From: Tubiluchus corallicola
Taxonomy: Eukaryota > Animalia > Priapulida
Reading direction: 5' to 3'
NCBI GenBank assembly: GCA_030141605.1
Contig: JAQGDQ010002452.1
Coordinates: forward strand, 1-30,935
Length of the DNA: 30,935 bases
A model generated the notes under the pieces. It made no database searches. It saw only the letters and a program-made list of their open reading frames with translations, and was not told the origin of the DNA. A program made the position numbers and the translations under genes. The first letter of the stretch is position 1, and every line of letters starts with the position of its first letter. Below are positions 1-11,729 of the stretch, piece after piece.

Positions 1-921
1 ATAAATGACGTTGAGTTACAAAAATCAAATGTATTATTAATAGGTCCAACTGGCTCTGGAAAAACATTGCTTGCTCAAACCCTTGCAAAAGTATTGCATG
101 TCCCCTTTGCTATAGCTGATGCTACAACTGTTACAGAGGCTGGATATGTAGGAGACGATGTTGAAAATGTACTCTTAAGGTTATACCAAGCTGCAGACTG
201 TAATGTCAAAGCAACTGAAAGAGGAATAATATATATAGATGAAATCGATAAAATAGGTAGAAAGTCTGAAAATACATCTATTACTAGAGATGTCTCAGGG
301 GAAGGAGTGCAACAAGCTCTTTTAAAAATAATTGAAGGTACTACCTCAAGTATAGCTCCTCAAGGAGGAAGAAAACACCCAATGCAAAAAATGATTGATA
401 TAAATACTGAAAATATTTTATTTATAGTTGGAGGAGCTTTTGATGGGATAGAGAAAATAATAGAAAAAAGAATTAATAAAAAAATAATGGGATTTGGTTC
501 AGATATTAAGAAAAATATTCAAAACTCTTTAAGTGAAACTTTAAAATATATTATTCCTGATGATTTAATTAAATTTGGGATGATACCTGAATTTACAGGA
601 AGGGTTCCTGTAATAACTGGATTAAACGAATTAGATGAAGAAAGTTTTATAAGAATACTAGTTGAACCTAAAAATTCTCTTGTAAAACAGTACAAGAAAT
701 ATTTTAGTTTTGATAATATTAAAATAGAATTTGAAGACAAAGCATTAGAAAAAATAGCACATTTAGCAAAAAAAAGAAATATAGGCGCTAGAGGTTTAAG
801 ATCTATTCTTGAAAAAATCATGTTAGACCTAATGTATGAAGTACCATCAAAAGAAGGTATCTCAGAAATTATAATTACAAAAGAAAGTATTGAAGATAAA
901 GAAAAAGTAATAATAAAATAG
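1..921 (+). CDS. clpX: ATP-dependent Clp protease ATP-binding subunit ClpX (5'-partial, frame open from window edge)
   Basis: Frame from base 1 reads [26 protein letters not shown] (Walker A), then GYVGDDVE pore loop, IYIDEIDK Walker [18 protein letters not shown] motif, MGF (IGF-type) loop and GARGLR sensor II. Confidence 0.97.
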   Translation: MNDVELQKSNVLLIGPTGSGKTLLAQTLAKVLHVPFAIADATTVTEAGYVGDDVENVLLRLYQAADCNVKATERGIIYIDEIDKIGRKSENTSITRDVSGEGVQQALLKIIEGTTSSIAPQGGRKHPMQKMIDINTENILFIVGGAFDGIEKIIEKRINKKIMGFGSDIKKNIQNSLSETLKYIIPDDLIKFGMIPEFTGRVPVITGLNELDEESFIRILVEPKNSLVKQYKKYFSFDNIKIEFEDKALEKIAHLAKKRNIGARGLRSILEKIMLDLMYEVPSKEGISEIIITKESIEDKEKVIIK

Positions 922-933
922 GAGAGGTTCATT

Positions 934-1821
934 ATGAGTAAACTACCATTTTTAGCTCTTAGGGACTTAGTTATATTCCCAGGAGTTATAACCCCTATCT
1001 TCGTTGGAAGAGATAGTAGCTTAAAAAGTATTGATGCTGCAATAAATGAAAGTGGAGAAATTATTATAGCTATGCAAAAAGACCCTAGAGTCTCAGACCC
1101 AGAATTTCCAAAAGATATCTACACAACTGGTATAGTTGCATCAGTGGTTCAAACAATAAAACTAGCTAATAAAAATGTAAAAGTATTATTAGAGGGAACT
1201 AAGCGAGTTTCTATAGACCATATAGAAGTTGAAAATGAAGTTAGTGTCGCCTCTTATAAAAATATAATCAACACTGGCATAGAGTCGCCTTTAGTAGAGG
1301 AGGCTTTAAAAAGAAAAATTATAAAGTGCTTTGAAACATATGCTAAATTGAGTAATAAAATACCAATTGATATATTAACCGAAATAAAATCAATTAATAA
1401 ACTTGACAAAATAATTGATACTGTGGCAACACACTCAGATATGCCTGCACCACTAAAACAAGAAATATTAGAAGTATTTGAGCTAGAAGAAAGGTGTTAT
1501 AAACTAATAGAAATAATAAATGAAGAAATATCAATCACAGGCTTAGAAAATAAAATTGATTCTAAAGTGAAAGATAGAATAAATGAAGCACAAAAATCTT
1601 ATTTTTTAAGAGAAAAAATGAGTGCAATAAAAGAGGAACTGGGAGAAGGAACTACAGAAGATGATGAACTAGAAGAGCTTAAAGAAAAAATAGAAAAAAA
1701 CAAACTTCCTAAAAAAATAAAAATAAAATTAGATAAAGAATTAAAAAGACTTTCTAAAATGACAGCTTTTTCAGCAGAAGCTTCAGTTATAATCACAATG
1801 GACAGAATTTTCTGTCCATAA
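934..1821 (+). pseudogene. lon: Lon protease, truncated: N-terminal substrate-binding domain and coiled coil only, no AAA+ or protease domain
   Basis: LPFLALRDLVIFPG start, QKSYFLREKMSAIKEELG and KELKRL..M...SAEASVI are Lon-like. Similarity stops at about 1792 and the last 9 codons come from tig downstream DNA. Sits directly after clpX as usual. Confidence 0.9.
1798..1819 (-). terminator. Hairpin immediately downstream of tig stop (probable terminator or stabilising stem)
   Basis: Perfect inverted repeat ATGGACAGAA-TT-TTCTGTCCAT 4 nt after the tig TAA, with only a weak U tail. Confidence 0.6.
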
Positions 1822-1823
1822 AA

Positions 1824-3125
1824 TTATACTTTATTTATTATATTAGAATTATCTAATAAAAAGGTTATAGTTTTTTCTAATTTTAGCGAAGCCTTCATGT
1901 TTGACTTAAAGTTCTCTATAGGTCCATATTCTTTTATTTTTTCAATATATTTATCTTTTTCTAAGTTATACTCTTTAGCAGTTTTTTCAATTTTATTTTC
2001 ATACTCATCATCAGTGACTTCTATGTTTTCAAGTTCGCTTATTTTTGTAAGTATAAAGTTATTTTTTAAGTCCCTTATAATTTCAGGTGTCATATTTTCC
2101 TTATAGCTGTCAAAATTATTTTTTATTTGATCCTTTATAAGTTTTTCATCAATACCCTGTTTCTTAAAATTTTCAAATAGTCTATTAAGTCTTTCCATTA
2201 CCTCTCTTTCAATCATGCTTTTAGGTAAATTAATTTCTGTTTTTTCACTTAACTTTTCAAGTAATAGAGTTTTTAAGTTTTCTGTACTTGTTTTTTCTTT
2301 TGTGACTAATAAGCTTTCTTTTGTTTTATTTTTCATATCAGCTAAGTTTTCATAGTTAAAATCTTTTGCAAACTCATCATCTATTTCAGGGTATACCACT
2401 TTTTTTATTTTATTTATCCTTACTTTAAATATAGCTTCTTTTCCAGCTAAGTCTTTGCTTTGATATTCCTTTGGAAAGGTTACTTTTATATCACCTTCTT
2501 GGCTTTCTTCATATCCAACAAGTTGCTCTTCAAAGTTATCAATAAATTGTTTTGACCCAAGTTCTAACTCATGGCTTTCACTTTTTCCACCTTGAAAAGG
2601 AATGTTATCAATAAATCCTTCAAATGCAATATCTACAATATCTCCTAATTTTGCTTTATACCCTTTTTCAGCTTCTTTTTGCTTTTTACTTTCTTCTCTT
2701 TTTTTATCAATAGCAGTGTTTACTTCTTCCTCAGAAACCTCTATTTTTTCTTTTTCTAAAGAAATTTCTTTGTAGCTGTCTATTTTAGCTTCAGGGAACT
2801 CTTCCAATATGTAAGTACAATCAAATTTGTCACTATTTAACTTAATGTTATCCATTTTAAAATCATATATTTTTATATTTTCTTTTTTTGAAATATTTTC
2901 GATGTTATTTAAAAATAGTTTTTCCCCTAAAGAATTTCCAATGTGATCTTTAAACTTTTCAATAATAACAGAGTTTGGTATTTTTCCCTTTCTAAAACCA
3001 GGTATATTAGCATCCTTTCTAAGATCATCTATTATTTTTTTTAACTCTTGAATAACCTCTTCTCCTGAAAAATTTGCAATTAATTCAAGCTCTGAGTTTT
3101 CAAGTTTATTAATGTTATAATTCAT
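1824..3125 (-). CDS. tig: Trigger factor
   Basis: IPGFRKGKIP ribosome-binding signature, FKBP domain (GDIVDIAFEGFIDNIPFQGG, FIDNFEEQLVG, VTFPKEY), 433 aa, AGGAGG RBS. Confidence 0.96.
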   Translation of the reverse strand: MNYNINKLENSELELIANFSGEEVIQELKKIIDDLRKDANIPGFRKGKIPNSVIIEKFKDHIGNSLGEKLFLNNIENISKKENIKIYDFKMDNIKLNSDKFDCTYILEEFPEAKIDSYKEISLEKEKIEVSEEEVNTAIDKKREESKKQKEAEKGYKAKLGDIVDIAFEGFIDNIPFQGGKSESHELELGSKQFIDNFEEQLVGYEESQEGDIKVTFPKEYQSKDLAGKEAIFKVRINKIKKVVYPEIDDEFAKDFNYENLADMKNKTKESLLVTKEKTSTENLKTLLLEKLSEKTEINLPKSMIEREVMERLNRLFENFKKQGIDEKLIKDQIKNNFDSYKENMTPEIIRDLKNNFILTKISELENIEVTDDEYENKIEKTAKEYNLEKDKYIEKIKEYGPIENFKSNMKASLKLEKTITFLLDNSNIINKV

Positions 3126-3324
3126 TTTTCCTCCTAAGTATATAATATTTTTTTGTTTAATTATTTTTACTGTTTTTTCATTTTACTTGTATTAGAAATA
3201 CTAAATTGTATAAAATATGCTGTATGTAGTTTAGTATGCTTTAATTTTAATTATTTTTTAAATTAAATAATGCTAGTAAAAGCTTTAAAAGTATTGAAAT
3301 TGACATCTATAATATTATAAATTT

Positions 3325-3699
3325 TTATTTATTTTTTATATCATCTAGTATCTTAGTTATTTCAATTAAATGTTTTATACCTTCATCTAAATGAGGCCTA
3401 ACCTCTGGGGTATACCTAATGTCAAGTTCCTCAGATATTCTTTTTCTTAAAAAACCTTTTATTTCCACTAACCCTAAAAATATTTTTTCTTCAAACTTTG
3501 AATTTTCATCTTTTAGCTCTGAATGTTCTGGATCAAGTACACTAAAATATACATCTGCAAACTTTAAATCTGGAGTCACTATACATTTTGTAACTGAGAC
3601 AACTCCGTGGACTTTTGGATTTCTAATTTCTTCTAATATAGTTTTTGAAATGACTCTAGTTATTTCTTTTTCAATAGCAGTGATTCTTTCTTTTTTCAT
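3325..3699 (-). CDS. rbfA: Ribosome-binding factor A
   Basis: VTPDLKFADVYFS and KGFLRKRISEELDIRYTPE motifs, follows infB. Confidence 0.95.
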   Translation of the reverse strand: MKKERITAIEKEITRVISKTILEEIRNPKVHGVVSVTKCIVTPDLKFADVYFSVLDPEHSELKDENSKFEEKIFLGLVEIKGFLRKRISEELDIRYTPEVRPHLDEGIKHLIEITKILDDIKNK

Positions 3700-3711
3700 T
3701 AATAAAACCCC

Positions 3712-5907
3712 TTATTTTGATAACTTTCTTTTTATTTCTTCAATTTCATATGCTTCAACTATATCCCCTTCTTTAATGTCATTAAAGTTTTCAATATTTA
3801 ACCCGCACTCTTGTCCAGATATAACCTCTTTAGCATCATCCTTATATCTTTTTAATGATTCCAGCTTACCATCAAAAATAATGACTCCATCTCTAACTAT
3901 TCTTATATTTGACTCTTTTTTTATTTTGCCATCTACAACTAAACATCCAGCTATATTTCCAACTTTAGAAACTTTAAATACTTTTTTTATTTCTATTCTT
4001 CCTAAGTAATTTTCTTTATATTCAGGATCTAAAAGGCCAGATAAAGACTGCTCTATTTCTTCTATAATTTTATAAATTATATTGTATGTTTTTATTTGAA
4101 CACCTGTTTTTTCAGCTTCTTTTATAGCTTTTGTTGTTGGTCTGACATGAAAACCTATAATTATAGCATCAGATGCATCAGCTAGCTTTACATCTCCTTC
4201 TGATATTGCTCCTGCCATTGACTGTATAATATTAACAGCAACCTCATCTGTTGATAATTTATTTAATGATTCCTTTAAAGCTTCTACAGAGCCGTTAGAG
4301 TCTCCTCTTAAAATTAATTTTAATTCTTTTACGCTTTGTTCTTCTAATTCTAAGGAGAGAGTTTCTAAAGTAACTCGCTTTTTTTGGTTTTGATTTTTAA
4401 GTTTTCTTTCTTTTTCTATTTTTTCTACTATTTTTTTTGCTTGTTGTTCATTCTTTAGCACATATACTAAAGCTCCTGCTTCTGGAACATCATTAAAGCC
4501 AATTATTTCAACAGGTTGAGAAATGTTCTTTGATTTGACTCTATTTCCGTGGTCATCAATTAAGGCTCTTACTTTACCATAAACATTTCCAGCTACAATA
4601 ACATCTCCTACTTTTATTTCCCCTTCCTGTATAAGGACATCTGCAACTGCTCCCATTTTTGTATCTAACCTTGACTCTAAAACAATTGCTTTAGCTCTTT
4701 TATGCCTATTTCCTTTTAATTCCATTAACTCAGCTGTTAAAAGTATATTTTCTAAAAGCTCATCTATATTCTTACCAAATTTAGCAGATATTTCAACAAA
4801 TTCTGTGTTTCCGCCCCATTCTACAGGTATTAATTTATGTTCCATAAGTTGTTGCTTTACTCTTTGAGCATCTGCATCAGGTTTGTCTATTTTATTAATT
4901 GCAACTATTATAGGAACACCTGCTTCTTTGGCATGAGATATTGCCTCTATACTTTGAGGCTTTATTCCGTCATCAGCTGCAACTACAAGAATAGCAATAT
5001 CTGTTACTTGAGCTCCTCTTGATCTCATTTCAGTAAAAGCTTCATGTCCAGGTGTGTCTATAAAGGTTATTTTTTTACCATTTTTTATTATTTGATACGC
5101 ACCTATCTTTTGAGTTATCCCTCCAGCTTCTCCATCAGCAACATTTGTTTTTCTAATAGTGTCTAATAATGAGGTTTTACCGTGGTCAACATGTCCCATT
5201 ATTGTAATGATAGGACATCTTTCTTCTAAATCTTCTTCTTTATCATCAATTTCTAAATGAAATTTTTCTCCAAAAGATTTTTCAACCTTTTCTTCTTTTT
5301 CCACTAAGATGTCATAAAGCATTGCTATTTCTTCAGCTAACTTAAAATTAATAGAGCTATTTATTGTGTACATTAAACCTTTTAACATGATTTTCTTTAT
5401 AATTTCAGATGATTTTACCCCTAATTTATCTGCAAGGTCATGTATTGTAATATCTTCTTGTATTTTGATTACTTTTATCTCTTCTCCAGAATCTTCTTTT
5501 ATATTTTTTTCGATAGCTCTCACATTACCTTTATTTTTATATTTTTTTCTTTTTTTCTTTGCAATTGTTCCTTCAAATGAAAAAGCACTTTTTACTGATT
5601 TATCAAATTTTCTTTTGCTTTCTTTTTCAATTTTTTTTGTATTTTCTTTTTTTGGGCTTGCTTCAATTTTGTTTTCTTCTACTATCTCTTTTTTATGTTT
5701 TGGTTTTTTGGTAACTTCAATTGGTTTTTTTACCACTTTTTGATGTTTATCTTTATTGTCAAAATATTCCTTTATAGCTTTTATTTCTTCATCTGATAAT
5801 CCTGTTAAATGTGAATGTATATCAAGACCAAGCTCTTCTATTTCCTTTATAAATTTCTTGCTTGAATACCCATAGATTTTTGCCACTTCATAAACTCTTG
5901 TTTTCAT
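3712..5907 (-). CDS. infB: Translation initiation factor IF-2
   Basis: GHVDHGKTSLLD, DTPGHEAFT, NKID G-domain motifs and SLKRYKDDAKEV..GQECG C-terminus. Confidence 0.98.
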   Translation of the reverse strand: MKTRVYEVAKIYGYSSKKFIKEIEELGLDIHSHLTGLSDEEIKAIKEYFDNKDKHQKVVKKPIEVTKKPKHKKEIVEENKIEASPKKENTKKIEKESKRKFDKSVKSAFSFEGTIAKKKRKKYKNKGNVRAIEKNIKEDSGEEIKVIKIQEDITIHDLADKLGVKSSEIIKKIMLKGLMYTINSSINFKLAEEIAMLYDILVEKEEKVEKSFGEKFHLEIDDKEEDLEERCPIITIMGHVDHGKTSLLDTIRKTNVADGEAGGITQKIGAYQIIKNGKKITFIDTPGHEAFTEMRSRGAQVTDIAILVVAADDGIKPQSIEAISHAKEAGVPIIVAINKIDKPDADAQRVKQQLMEHKLIPVEWGGNTEFVEISAKFGKNIDELLENILLTAELMELKGNRHKRAKAIVLESRLDTKMGAVADVLIQEGEIKVGDVIVAGNVYGKVRALIDDHGNRVKSKNISQPVEIIGFNDVPEAGALVYVLKNEQQAKKIVEKIEKERKLKNQNQKKRVTLETLSLELEEQSVKELKLILRGDSNGSVEALKESLNKLSTDEVAVNIIQSMAGAISEGDVKLADASDAIIIGFHVRPTTKAIKEAEKTGVQIKTYNIIYKIIEEIEQSLSGLLDPEYKENYLGRIEIKKVFKVSKVGNIAGCLVVDGKIKKESNIRIVRDGVIIFDGKLESLKRYKDDAKEVISGQECGLNIENFNDIKEGDIVEAYEIEEIKRKLSK

Positions 5908-6014
5908 ACACTACCTCCTATACCTACTATAGCGCCATTTCTTAGAAAATACTAACTTTATATTTTAAGCATTTAAATTTTCTAAATTGTATAATTACTA
6001 CTTGATTTAGTTTT

Positions 6015-6272
6015 CTATAAATCTGTTAATTTATGAAGAACTTTATTAACTTGATCTAAACTTTTTTTTTGAAAATTACCTTTGTTTTTCTTTATAAATT
6101 TTGTAATGCAACCTTTATCTGTACAAATATAAATGCCTTTTCCTAAACCTTGTAGATTTTGTTTTTCATCTAGGATAAACTCGTTATTTGTAAAAAAAAA
6201 CTTCATCAAATTGATTTTTTCTTTTTTGCTTTTGCATACTTTGCAACACCTATTTACCTTATTTATCATCAT
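6015..6272 (-). CDS. ylxR: YlxR/DUF448 family protein (RNase P modulator RnpM-like)
   Basis: RCCKVC...K..LMKF and GKGIYIC...CI pattern, canonical position between nusA and infB. Confidence 0.8.
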   Translation of the reverse strand: MMINKVNRCCKVCKSKKEKINLMKFFFTNNEFILDEKQNLQGLGKGIYICTDKGCITKFIKKNKGNFQKKSLDQVNKVLHKLTDL

Positions 6273-7317
6273 CTGTTTCTTCTGTTTTTATATCAATTTT
6301 AACACCAGTTAGCTTTGCAGAAAGTCTTGCATTTTGACCTTTTTTGCCTATTGCTAAAGATAACTGGTCTCTAGCGACAGTTACTAGCGCTGTTCCTTCT
6401 TTTTCATTTATATCTACAGATATTATTTTAGCTGGACTCAAAGCAGTTTTTACGTAATTTTCTAAGTTGTTGCTCCACTCAATGATATCAATTTTTTCTC
6501 CGTTTAACTCATCAACTATATTTTTTATTCTATTCCCTTGTTGACCTATACAGGCTCCAACAGTGTCAATGTTTTCATTTTCTGAACATACTGATATTTT
6601 AGTTCTTGATCCAGGTTCTCTTACTATGTTTTTTATTTCTATTTCATTTTCTGAAATCTCAGGAATTTCTAATTCAAAAAGTTTTTCAAGAAATTTTTCT
6701 GATTTTCTAGTGATATTTATTTTAGGAAACTTATTTGTTTTTTCAACAGAGTCTACATATACCTTTATTCTGTCTCCCACTCTATAAAAATCATTTGATA
6801 ATTGTTCGTTATATGACAGGATAACCTCAGAACCCATATATTCAATATATAGATTGTTCTTTTCATCAATTCTTCTGACAACACCTACTATTAAATCGTT
6901 TTCTTTTGTTTTAAATTTATTAAAGATATTTTCCCTTTCAGCCTCTCTAACTTTTTGAATTACTATTTGTTTACCGTTTTGAATAGCATTTCTTCTGAAG
7001 TTCTCACAATCTATGTCTATATCTATTGTTTTTCCTAGTTTAGTTCTTTTTTTAAATTTTTTAGCATCTTCTAAAGAGATTTCTAACTCTGGATTTTCCA
7101 CCTCATCAACAACAGTTTTTCTTAAAAAGACTTTTATTTCACCAGTGTCTCTATTAATTTTAATATTTGCTTGTTCATTATTTCCATAGTTTTTTTTGTA
7201 TGCAGCATGCAAAGCTTGCTCTACAGTTTCTAAAAGCATTTCTTTTTCAATACCCTTATCTCTTTCTAATTCATCTAAAGCTTCTAGAAATGCCCTTTGC
7301 TCTTTTAAATTCATCAT
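6259..7317 (-). CDS. nusA: Transcription termination/antitermination factor NusA
   Basis: REPGSRTKI, VGACIG..GNRI, ELNGEKIDII and LSLAIGKKGQNARL S1/KH motifs. Confidence 0.97.
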   Translation of the reverse strand: MMNLKEQRAFLEALDELERDKGIEKEMLLETVEQALHAAYKKNYGNNEQANIKINRDTGEIKVFLRKTVVDEVENPELEISLEDAKKFKKRTKLGKTIDIDIDCENFRRNAIQNGKQIVIQKVREAERENIFNKFKTKENDLIVGVVRRIDEKNNLYIEYMGSEVILSYNEQLSNDFYRVGDRIKVYVDSVEKTNKFPKINITRKSEKFLEKLFELEIPEISENEIEIKNIVREPGSRTKISVCSENENIDTVGACIGQQGNRIKNIVDELNGEKIDIIEWSNNLENYVKTALSPAKIISVDINEKEGTALVTVARDQLSLAIGKKGQNARLSAKLTGVKIDIKTEETDDDK

Positions 7318-7333
7318 ACCTCCTTAGATTATA

Positions 7334-7795
7334 TTACCATTCAAAAATCAAATTAGCTTTTTTAATTTTTTCATATGGTATTTCGATCTCGTCATCCCCT
7401 ATTAGCAATATCAATTTTTTATTTTTATATTCTTTTAATATCCCTGTATAATTTTTCTTGTCTTTAATTTTCTGCTTGAGTATAATTTTGGCCTTCTCAC
7501 CTAGAAATCTTATGAAATCTTTTTCTTTCTTTAAAGGCCTTTCTAGACCAGGAGATGAAACTTCTAATATAAATTTATCTTCAATTAAGTTGTCTACGAT
7601 TTTATCTATTTTTTCACTAACTAATGCACAATCATCTATTGTTACCTCTTGGTCTAATTTTTCTATATATATTCTTAAATACCAATACCCACCATCTTGT
7701 ATGTATTCAATATCAACTATGCTGATTCCAAGATTAGTAATTATACTTCCAATAGCTTTTTCTACTTCTATTTCAACAAAACTATTATTTTTCAT
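7334..7795 (-). CDS. rimP: Ribosome maturation factor RimP
   Basis: LRIYIEK...VTIDDC and LEVSSPGLERPL motifs, first gene of the nusA operon. Confidence 0.96.
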   Translation of the reverse strand: MKNNSFVEIEVEKAIGSIITNLGISIVDIEYIQDGGYWYLRIYIEKLDQEVTIDDCALVSEKIDKIVDNLIEDKFILEVSSPGLERPLKKEKDFIRFLGEKAKIILKQKIKDKKNYTGILKEYKNKKLILLIGDDEIEIPYEKIKKANLIFEW

Positions 7796-7840
7796 TATTC
7801 ACCTCTTTTTACTAAAATTTTAATTAAAAAAAATCGTAAT

Positions 7841-7872
7841 AAAAAATTAGAAGTGGGATTCGCCCACTTCTA
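7841..7872 (-). ncRNA. rimP leader (terminator-like attenuator hairpin)
   Basis: Minus strand TAGAAGTGGG-CGAAT-CCCACTTCTA followed by a T run, between promoter and rimP. Matches the GTGGG...CCCAC stem known for rimP leaders. Confidence 0.8.
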
Positions 7873-7896
7873 GAGTATTATCTATTAAATTTACCC

Positions 7897-7925
7897 ATTA
7901 TATCATATAATAGGTTATAAGTCAA
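7897..7925 (-). promoter_or_regulatory. Sigma70-type promoter of rimP-nusA-infB operon
   Basis: Minus strand TTGACT-N17-TATAAT with extended -10 TG. Confidence 0.8.
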
Positions 7926-7978
7926 ATTAAAAATAATAAAATTCAGATAATATTTTAAATGCCTCACTATAAATTGCT

Positions 7979-9130
<1,152 letters not shown>

Positions 9131-9162
9131 TTAAATAAAGGTTTATATACATTTACTGAAGT

Positions 9163-11322
9163 TTATCTTCTAATTTCAATTACATCTTTTATTTTTAACA
9201 TTTGATTAATAAGTTTTTTATAACTATTTTTATCATTAATTTTTATTATAAACTTTATATTTACATAATGATTATTATTTATATTTATGTCATAAGAGTT
9301 AACTCCTGTTACAGCTATTTTATTATCGCTGATTAACTTTATTAGCTCCATCAAAATATTTTCCCTGTCTACAACAATTACATTAAATGTAAAAGAGTAT
9401 TTATTTATATACATGTTTTCGGTTTTTTCATCCCACTTTACGCTAATTTCTTTTTCAGGAGAGTTTTTAAACATATTTTGGTAATTTTTACAATCACTTC
9501 GATGTATTACAATACCACTACCACTAGTAACATAGCCTTTTATATCGTCTCCAGGAAGTGGTGTACAACACTTGGCAAATCGAATAACTGTATTTTCTAT
9601 TCCTTCAACTACTATTCCATAATCATTTTTTTTTCTACTTTTTACTTTTAGTTTTTTTTCTACGACATCTTCAAGAGTAATTTCTTTTTCACTATGATAC
9701 ATTTTTTCTACAAAGATATCACCCTTTATTTTACCATCTGCAATTAGGTATAAAAATTCCTTTATATCCTTTATCTTATGCTTTTCTATATAGTTTTTAA
9801 CAATTTGATCTTCTGCAAAATCTTTATATATTTTTCCGAACTTTGAAATATGTTTTTCTATTATTTCTTGACCCTCTTTTACATTGTCATCATATTTTGC
9901 GTCTTTTAGCCATTTTTTTATTTTTGACTTAGCACTTTGAGTAGCGACAATACCCAGCCAGTCACTTCCTGGACCTTTTGCTGATTTTGAGGTTATTATT
10001 TCAACTTTATCTCCATTTTTAAGTTTATAGTCTAGTGTAACTATTCTTTCATTAACCTTAGACCCGATACATTTATACCCTATTTGAGTGTGTATATGAA
10101 AAGCAAAATCAAGTGGAGTAGAACCTAGCTTTAGTTCTATAACATCTCCCTTTGGAGAAAAAGTGAAGACAGTCTCATTAAAGATATCTCCTGTTACTGT
10201 TTTAACAAATTCTTCTGAATCATCAGTGTCGTTTTGCCATTCTAGTATCTTTCTTAGCCATGAGTATACATTATCTGATTTTTTACTATACTTATATTTT
10301 TCCTTGTAGTTCCAATGGGCTGCAACTCCTTCTTCAGCAATAACATTTTGGTCGCTGGTTCTTATTTGTACTTCTATAAATTTACCTTGAGGTCCAACTA
10401 TAGTTGTGTGAATAGATTGATATCCATTTGCTTTAGGAACAGCGATATAATCTTTAAATCTACCAGGTACAGGTTTCCATTTATTATGTAAAATACCTAA
10501 AAGGTTGTAACAGTTTTTTTCACTATCAACTATTACTCTTAGTGCTGTTAGGTCATATAGTTCATCAAAATTTTTATTTTTTTCAACCATTTTTTTATAT
10601 ATACTATAAAAATGTTTTACTCTTCCTGAGACCTTTCCTTCTATATTGTTTTTAACTAATAATTCTTTTAAACCCATTATTACTTTTTCAGTATAAGTTT
10701 CTCTTTCCTTTCGTTTCAGATTTACCTTTTCAACTATGCTTTTATATATTTTAGGGTTTAAATAACTAAATGACAAATCTTCTAGCTCCCATTTTATTTT
10801 TGCCATTCCTATTCTGTGAGCTAAAGGGGCGTATATCTCTAAAGTTTCTTTAGAAATTGTTTCTTGTTTATGAATAGGCATATGTTTTAAGGTCCTCATG
10901 TTATGTAACCTGTCTACTAGCTTTATCACAACGACTCTTATATCCTCTGCCATAGCAACTATCATTTTTCTAACATTTTCATGCTGCTTTTTAGTTCCCT
11001 CAGGCAGTTTCTTTAGTTTTGTTACTCCTAGTATTAGCTTTAAAACTTTTTCTCCAAACAACTTCTTTATAGTTTCTTCAGAAATATCAGTATCTTCAAT
11101 GGTGTCGTGTAGTATTGCTGCAATTATTGTATCTGTATCCATTTTCATATTAATGATGAGTTTTGCTACTTCAACAGGATGGCTTATGTAGCTTTCTCCG
11201 GATTTTCTATACTGTTTTTCATGGTGTTTAGCAGCAATATCATAAGCTGATATGATTTTATCAATATCAACTTCTAAGCTATTTTTTATAATTTCATTCT
11301 TAAGCTGTGTTTTATACCCCAT
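9163..11322 (-). CDS. rel: Bifunctional (p)ppGpp synthetase/hydrolase, long RelA/SpoT homologue
   Basis: HD hydrolase (ILHDTIED), synthetase GRFKDYIAVPKANGYQSIHT..EVQIRT, TGS, AKCCTP zinc finger and ACT domains. Likely ATG start at 11322 after GGAG. Confidence 0.96.
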   Translation of the reverse strand: MGYKTQLKNEIIKNSLEVDIDKIISAYDIAAKHHEKQYRKSGESYISHPVEVAKLIINMKMDTDTIIAAILHDTIEDTDISEETIKKLFGEKVLKLILGVTKLKKLPEGTKKQHENVRKMIVAMAEDIRVVVIKLVDRLHNMRTLKHMPIHKQETISKETLEIYAPLAHRIGMAKIKWELEDLSFSYLNPKIYKSIVEKVNLKRKERETYTEKVIMGLKELLVKNNIEGKVSGRVKHFYSIYKKMVEKNKNFDELYDLTALRVIVDSEKNCYNLLGILHNKWKPVPGRFKDYIAVPKANGYQSIHTTIVGPQGKFIEVQIRTSDQNVIAEEGVAAHWNYKEKYKYSKKSDNVYSWLRKILEWQNDTDDSEEFVKTVTGDIFNETVFTFSPKGDVIELKLGSTPLDFAFHIHTQIGYKCIGSKVNERIVTLDYKLKNGDKVEIITSKSAKGPGSDWLGIVATQSAKSKIKKWLKDAKYDDNVKEGQEIIEKHISKFGKIYKDFAEDQIVKNYIEKHKIKDIKEFLYLIADGKIKGDIFVEKMYHSEKEITLEDVVEKKLKVKSRKKNDYGIVVEGIENTVIRFAKCCTPLPGDDIKGYVTSGSGIVIHRSDCKNYQNMFKNSPEKEISVKWDEKTENMYINKYSFTFNVIVVDRENILMELIKLISDNKIAVTGVNSYDININNNHYVNIKFIIKINDKNSYKKLINQMLKIKDVIEIRR

Positions 11323-11386
11323 AACTGTCTCCACTTTGTATATTTAAATATATTTTTAAATAAAAATTCTTTTAATTATGTTATGT

Positions 11387-11415
11387 ATAATATCATAATT
11401 TATAAAACTTTACAA
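11387..11415 (-). promoter_or_regulatory. Putative promoter of rel-tgt
   Basis: Minus strand TTGTAA-N17-TATTAT with extended TG. The AT-rich background lowers certainty. Confidence 0.5.
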
Positions 11416-11729
11416 TTTTGAAATTTTACTAAAAAATTGTTTTTATGTGATTAAATGTAATGTTTTTATCTGAAGTATAACTCGTAGCATATAGAGTATT
11501 GAAGAAAAATCAGAATAAAAAAATTAACTATATAATACTATTAACTTGAAATGTGTAAATAAAATTCTGTAAGGTTTTGTCTAAAATTAAAAAAATAGAT
11601 TTTTAATTTATAAAAGTCTCTGTAATTTTTTGAATAAATAATTCTTTTTGAACTTAAGCAAATATATTTTAAAAATTTAAATAAAACAATACTTTTATGC
11701 CAAATAATTAAAAAAATATTCCTAATTTG

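Noticed and set aside
1798-1819. Palindrome as an IS end or recombinase site
   Set aside because: Its position just after the tig stop fits a terminator-like stem, and no second copy, transposase or recombinase is in the window
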